This document shows, one piece after another, positions 59,065 to 64,000 of a DNA stretch of 64,000 bases. The stretch is taken from IMG/VR virus record IMGVR_UViG_3300032007_000014. The stretch is one strand, 5' to 3'. The first letter of the stretch is position 1, and each line of letters opens with the position of its first letter. A program made the translations under genes and the position numbers. Below the pieces are notes generated by a model. That model was not told the DNA's origin and did no database searches. It was given only the letters and a program-made list of their open reading frames with translations. The DNA comes from a virus. Taxonomy: Duplodnaviria > Caudoviricetes.

Positions 59065-59844
59065 ATGCCTATAAAACTCAAAAGTCCTGAAGATGCGGTG
59101 AAGTTGTTCTTCTCTTCATTGTTCGCACGCAAGATGCCGTATTTGATACTCGGCAATGTCGAGCGAATCAATACTTGGTATATGACGAACATATCTCTTG
59201 ATGAGATAACGATCTATTCACCGAATGTGGATCAAGCGATTCACGAGATCGTGTTTGTTGACACTGAACCACTCACTATGATCACATCGAGATTTCCAGT
59301 TCTCACGAAAATGTGTGGATGTATCAATGTGGCTGATGTGTGTGGATCAATCAACAAGTACAAAGGTCATGAACCACTTCGTATGGAGGTGGATGAATCG
59401 ACCAAAACAGTCGTCATGACTGGAGAAGATTTTAGATGGACAGTTGGTGTTCTCTCCAGCCCAGAGATAGTAAGTTCTTATACTTACATTTTCGACAGGC
59501 ACGTTGATAGAGGCAAACCATCCGAGTCGCCAAGAGAACTCAAATTTCCAGTTGATTTGACATCGATCGATAAGAATGCGATCACAAAGGTTCGAGTGAA
59601 TTCTGATTTTTGTGATTCACTCAAAGCCATCTGGAGTGTAAACATTCCGTTGAAAGATGGATTCAACATGGTTTCGATTTATGAATATTGGAGAAAAGCG
59701 AAGCAGGAGAATGCACGTATGGATGTATGTGTTTGCCAGAATACTGGCAAGACAATCTGTACGTTGTGTCGTTATGTGGACGACTGGATAAAGGTCATCT
59801 CCATACAACCTGCTGCACTTTGGTTTCCAATGAAACATGAATGA
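59065..59844 (+). CDS. Hypothetical protein
   Basis: 259 aa, GAGG RBS. Confidence 0.7.
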   Translation: MPIKLKSPEDAVKLFFSSLFARKMPYLILGNVERINTWYMTNISLDEITIYSPNVDQAIHEIVFVDTEPLTMITSRFPVLTKMCGCINVADVCGSINKYKGHEPLRMEVDESTKTVVMTGEDFRWTVGVLSSPEIVSSYTYIFDRHVDRGKPSESPRELKFPVDLTSIDKNAITKVRVNSDFCDSLKAIWSVNIPLKDGFNMVSIYEYWRKAKQENARMDVCVCQNTGKTICTLCRYVDDWIKVISIQPAALWFPMKHE

Positions 59845-60019
59845 TGTTTAGCATTCCTTTGGTAAGAGGTATATGCTCGACTAGCATCCATCCACGGGAT
59901 GTCCCGTGGATGGATGTTTCTTTATTTGTTTATTTATATCAGGACACCATAACATAGAAGCTTATAAACAATATTCTTCATTGATCAACATCAAATTGTT
60001 AAACAAAGGAACTACCACA

Positions 60020-61807
60020 ATGAATGAGACCAATCTCAATCTTGGTTCCACTCCACTGAATCTTGGTGGAGAAAGCAAACCTGCTGAAACAGCGCAAACT
60101 GTTGTTGTTTCACAACCTGTCGAAGACAAGAAGGACGTTGCGATTCCGCAGACTCCGCAACCTGAACCAACTGTCGATCACACAGAAGATCCACAGGAAC
60201 ATGAAATGGAATCCATCGTGGACGATGATGCACCGGAGGCTCCGCTTCCTCCTGAGAAAGAAACACCTCCCACGGAGAACATCACGATCATTCCTGATCG
60301 TGAGCCTCAGCAAGTTTCTGCCAAAATACAGGTGGAAAAAGAAGCTCCGAAAAAAGAAGAACCTGTCAGTGAACCAGAAGAACAGGTCGATCCTTCTGAA
60401 GGAGAACTTCGTCGCGAATTCGCTGGTCTGTTCAACATCGAACGCCAGAAAGAAACGAAGACAAGTGAGGATGCTGGCATCGACACTATGCTAAACGCAG
60501 TGTCAACTGGAACAAAAGAGGACAATGACAAAGTCATGGATCAGTTCTCTTCGGATGCCGCTCTGCGTAAAGCAGTCGCTGTTCCAGGATCATTCATGCA
60601 GATCCTGTCTGAAGTGATCCAGTACGGGTGGGGAAGTTCCACCATTCAGGCGGATCTTCGTGAGATCCTTGAACACAGCGAGACCTACAAGAAACTAACA
60701 AAACAACCGGATCTCGTTCGTGACTTCTTCACACATGGTGCCAAGTACAACAGCGATGCTCCGACATCTCTGTCTGGAAAGAAGGCACGCATTGCTGTCA
60801 TGGCTCGTATGCGCGGACTTCAGAAAGTCAATTTCCTGAATTCCGGATTCTATGTGATTCTTCGTGCTCCTCAGATGGCGGAACTCCAGGAGTTTGCTTC
60901 TTCTGTCGAAATCGAAGCCACAGAGCTCGGTCACGAACTCGGCAATCATTTCGGTCTGGTGACAGATGTATTCATCAAAGAGAAGTTCATCGAACTCCTC
61001 CAGGATTACAATCTCATCGTGGATTCGAACTTCGCCGACATCAATAAGAAAGGAGCTCTTGCTGAGAACCTTTCGTACTTCGACTATGATGTCGCAATGT
61101 GGGCGTTGGTCAGTCTGATGTATCGCAAGGGTCTTCACACGAAGATTGCTTGCACGCATTGCAAGACTGTGTCGCCGGATGTGTTGATTGACGTTCTTTC
61201 CACCAAGTGGATCAACAATGATCTGTACACGGAAGAGATGATCAACTACTGGTCTCAGAAGACCGATGAGAATGGTCGTCCTGTCATGCGTCAGGTCAAG
61301 GATCTGCAGAACTACCGGAACAACATCGTGAACAGAACCAAGCGCATCATCCAGAAACAGGATGATTACACTCTGGCAATCACGCTCCGCGATCCCACAA
61401 TGGCGAAGTTCATTTCTGTCGGAACGAATCTCGTCAATGATCTGAACAAGACACTGCATGGTCCTTCCAGACTGCGTGAAGATCAGATCAAGATGAAGAG
61501 TATCATCCATCTGTTCCAGATGTACGCACCGTGGGTTGCGAAGATCGAGTTCCTGGATGACAACGGCAAGGTCATGTTCGAAACCGATGACACGCAGTCG
61601 ATCATGGATGCTCTGGATATCAGCAACCAGAAGTACCACGATCTGCTCACGAACATCAGTGAGTACATCTCTGAAGCCAAGATCAACCACATCGGAACCT
61701 TCACGATCGAATGTCCGAATTGCGGCGCCAAGCCCGAGACGAAGTTGGACAACTTCTATCCGCTTGATGTCGAGACAATTTTTTTCGCCCTGTCCTGCCG
61801 GCCATAG
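60020..61807 (+). CDS. Zn-binding protein, possibly for baseplate/tail assembly
   Basis: ATG at 60020 after AAGGA; disordered N-terminus, CTHC and CPNCG motifs. Function inferred only loosely from T4 gp26-like architecture. Confidence 0.55.
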   Translation: MNETNLNLGSTPLNLGGESKPAETAQTVVVSQPVEDKKDVAIPQTPQPEPTVDHTEDPQEHEMESIVDDDAPEAPLPPEKETPPTENITIIPDREPQQVSAKIQVEKEAPKKEEPVSEPEEQVDPSEGELRREFAGLFNIERQKETKTSEDAGIDTMLNAVSTGTKEDNDKVMDQFSSDAALRKAVAVPGSFMQILSEVIQYGWGSSTIQADLREILEHSETYKKLTKQPDLVRDFFTHGAKYNSDAPTSLSGKKARIAVMARMRGLQKVNFLNSGFYVILRAPQMAELQEFASSVEIEATELGHELGNHFGLVTDVFIKEKFIELLQDYNLIVDSNFADINKKGALAENLSYFDYDVAMWALVSLMYRKGLHTKIACTHCKTVSPDVLIDVLSTKWINNDLYTEEMINYWSQKTDENGRPVMRQVKDLQNYRNNIVNRTKRIIQKQDDYTLAITLRDPTMAKFISVGTNLVNDLNKTLHGPSRLREDQIKMKSIIHLFQMYAPWVAKIEFLDDNGKVMFETDDTQSIMDALDISNQKYHDLLTNISEYISEAKINHIGTFTIECPNCGAKPETKLDNFYPLDVETIFFALSCRP

Positions 61808-61818
61808 TTGGCAGGGCT

Positions 61819-62247
61819 GTGATAGACGAGCATTACGACGAGTACTATCGCAACGAGATGATTGTCAAGTTCGAGAAGAACTTCAAAGAGCTTGTTAAAG
61901 TCAAAGGTGTTATACGAGATTTCGTATTTCGAGTGTTGTCTAAACAACACTCCATCTGGTGGCAAGGAGATATGTCACCGTATAAGGTGAACCTATGGCA
62001 TTCTCCTGTTCCAGATGGTTATAATAAGCCAACTGCATACATGGATCGTGCATTGGATCTGTGCGAATACGAGATGACACATGACAATTATGGACTCACT
62101 TTCAAAGATCTGATGGAGTTGGATCTTACAACTTTTGAAGAGATTGAACAGCGAGTCCATGAACAAGCTAAAGCTCGTCAAGGAAAGATTGAACAACTCA
62201 CATCTTTTGAAGATGTAGAAAAGAAGTCGAAGAAACAACATGGATGA
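61819..62247 (+). CDS. Hypothetical protein
   Basis: Up to 142 aa, overlaps the chaperonin start; exact start uncertain. Confidence 0.6.
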   Translation: MIDEHYDEYYRNEMIVKFEKNFKELVKVKGVIRDFVFRVLSKQHSIWWQGDMSPYKVNLWHSPVPDGYNKPTAYMDRALDLCEYEMTHDNYGLTFKDLMELDLTTFEEIEQRVHEQAKARQGKIEQLTSFEDVEKKSKKQHG

Positions 62248-64000
62248 ATACAGGACCAAAGCTGTCATTGATGCTAACAAGGGAGTGACGAACGTTCTCG
62301 AATCAGAGACCATTCACACGGATCTTGCGAATGTCTATGACAAGATTTACAACACACTGAAGGCTCATTTTGGACCTTACAGTAAGTTCGCGGTTCTGAT
62401 TGACCCTTCTGACGTACTTGCTGATCCCGTCTTTACCAAAGACGGGATCAACATTGTCAGAGCTATTGAATTTGCTTCCCCTATGGAAGAGGAAGTGAAG
62501 AAAATGGTGGCATATATTGGGACGCGAATGGAAACCGCAGTTGGTGACGGTACAACTTCTGCGATGATGTTCACTTGTGCCGTACTCAAGAAACTCATGA
62601 CACACTTGTACTCTAATGAGTATGAGCATTTCTCTCTGAATGAACTCAGACGAGAATATGACAACATCGTTGCTCACATTGAGAGATACATTGATGATCA
62701 CAAGATCACTTGGCAATCTCTTATGGAAAGAGAACATCTTTCCAGACAGGATGCAGTGTATCGTCTCGTGTTTGCACAGGCTTATTCATCGTCACATGGT
62801 GATGTTGAGTTGGCGGATGCTGTTGCAAAGATCTTCTCTGGAACACCTCCTGAATCATGGAAGTGCATGACATTCCAGAGAAGAACATATGAGTCAGAGA
62901 ACAGATTCGATATTGAAGAATCTGAAGGACAATTCGAACTGAAGTGCGATCCAATCGTGAAATCTGTTTTCAATATGGAAATGGGAACGTGGTTGGAATA
63001 TGACGATGCAATTCTTTGCATTGTGAATGATTCTGTCAGATTTGAATCACCAGCGTATGATTCACTGAAGATGATCTATCAGTACGGATTGTCCAAATCT
63101 GATGATGCAAAACGTGACAAACCGATGGTTCTCATCTGTCACAACAGGATCGATGGAACGACATACAACGAACTGATTGAAATGGTGAAGGAATCTCACG
63201 ATACGAAATATCCTTTCACTGTATTCACAGCTGATGTGGAACATCCAACTTGCAATGAGATCACTGTTCTCAAAGCAGTTGCTGGGTTTGATCCATCGAT
63301 CGATAAGGAAGGTTTGTCCTTTGTTGACAACGTGTATGTCAAGTACAAAGGTGACAAACTTGTTCTCGACAGATTGTACGACGAACCAGTTTATGAAGAC
63401 GGTGAGTATGCCATGGAACATCCTTACATCAAGGATCCCAACTATGACTACTACACACATCTTCTGGAGATCTTTGATGAACTTCAATCTGGTTATGATC
63501 GGTTGAAGATGTCTCCAAAAGAGAAGAAAGATCAAGCGAACTATCGAAGACTGTACAACAAACTTCGTTATACGAAGCAGAAGTATCTTGTCATTGGTGG
63601 TTCTTCGTATGACAACCTCGCCATGTTTGACGTCGTTGATGATGTCATTACAGCATGCAGTATCGCATTACAAGAGGGAGTTGTTCCTGCTTGTAATCGT
63701 ATGATCTTCTTTGCTGTGGACAACATGCGAGAATCTTTCTCTGAAGGATTGAGTGAACGAAGATATCATATCTTCAATTCCATTGCCACTTCTGTGCAGA
63801 AAGCCATTATTGAAATGGCGAAAACATCCATTTCCTATGCACCGAAAGGTATATGTAAGATGGATAATCAAGACGGGTTGACTGAACACTACTGGATCAC
63901 GCACTGCGTTGACATCATTGATTTCGATGGAAAAGCAGTTGCGTTGAACGAGATGTTCAAGGGGGACGATAATATGTGTAAACTTATCGTACAACCCGCC
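62240..64000 (+). CDS. GroEL-like phage chaperonin (runs off the window)
   Basis: Not in the ORF track. ATG at 62240; HFGPYS, FTKDGINIV, VGDGTTSA and later IGG...DDVITACSIALQEGVVP motifs. Confidence 0.85.
   Translation, partial: MDEYRTKAVIDANKGVTNVLESETIHTDLANVYDKIYNTLKAHFGPYSKFAVLIDPSDVLADPVFTKDGINIVRAIEFASPMEEEVKKMVAYIGTRMETAVGDGTTSAMMFTCAVLKKLMTHLYSNEYEHFSLNELRREYDNIVAHIERYIDDHKITWQSLMEREHLSRQDAVYRLVFAQAYSSSHGDVELADAVAKIFSGTPPESWKCMTFQRRTYESENRFDIEESEGQFELKCDPIVKSVFNMEMGTWLEYDDAILCIVNDSVRFESPAYDSLKMIYQYGLSKSDDAKRDKPMVLICHNRIDGTTYNELIEMVKESHDTKYPFTVFTADVEHPTCNEITVLKAVAGFDPSIDKEGLSFVDNVYVKYKGDKLVLDRLYDEPVYEDGEYAMEHPYIKDPNYDYYTHLLEIFDELQSGYDRLKMSPKEKKDQANYRRLYNKLRYTKQKYLVIGGSSYDNLAMFDVVDDVITACSIALQEGVVPACNRMIFFAVDNMRESFSEGLSERRYHIFNSIATSVQKAIIEMAKTSISYAPKGICKMDNQDGLTEHYWITHCVDIIDFDGKAVALNEMFKGDDNMCKLIVQPA

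Noticed and set aside
60020-61807. Chimallin (nuclear shell protein), suggested by size and closeness to the DNA polymerase gene
   Set aside because: The CxxC motifs and overall sequence do not resemble chimallin as I know it; no shell or tubulin gene is recognisable in this window.

Overview
A 64-kb segment of a phiKZ-like (Chimalliviridae-type) jumbo phage genome in the standard genetic code, probably infecting an anaerobe. Product names come from recognised motifs and phiKZ-type synteny, not from database searches. The left end is a virion module (baseplate-like proteins, tail sheath, tail tube, portal). Split subunits of two multisubunit RNA polymerases are scattered across the window. 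Other genes: an anaerobic ribonucleotide reductase (nrdD) cut into 5 exons by four ORF-less group I introns, nrdG, a formate/nitrite channel, an SNF2 helicase, dCMP deaminase, type IIA topoisomerase A and B subunits (B fused in frame to an HNH endonuclease), a signal-peptide lysozyme, RNase H, family B DNA polymerase, a GroEL-like chaperonin (runs off the end) and five tRNAs. Non-coding features include nine intergenic copies of the phiKZ-type early promoter TATATTAC, many long hairpin terminators, three ORF-free structured RNA candidates and an AT-rich origin-like region. The most striking candidates for new biology are (i) an ADP-ribosyltransferase-like domain fused to the virion RNA polymerase beta-C subunit through prohead-protease-type sites and (ii) a phage formate-dependent dNTP module (intron-split NrdD + NrdG + formate channel).
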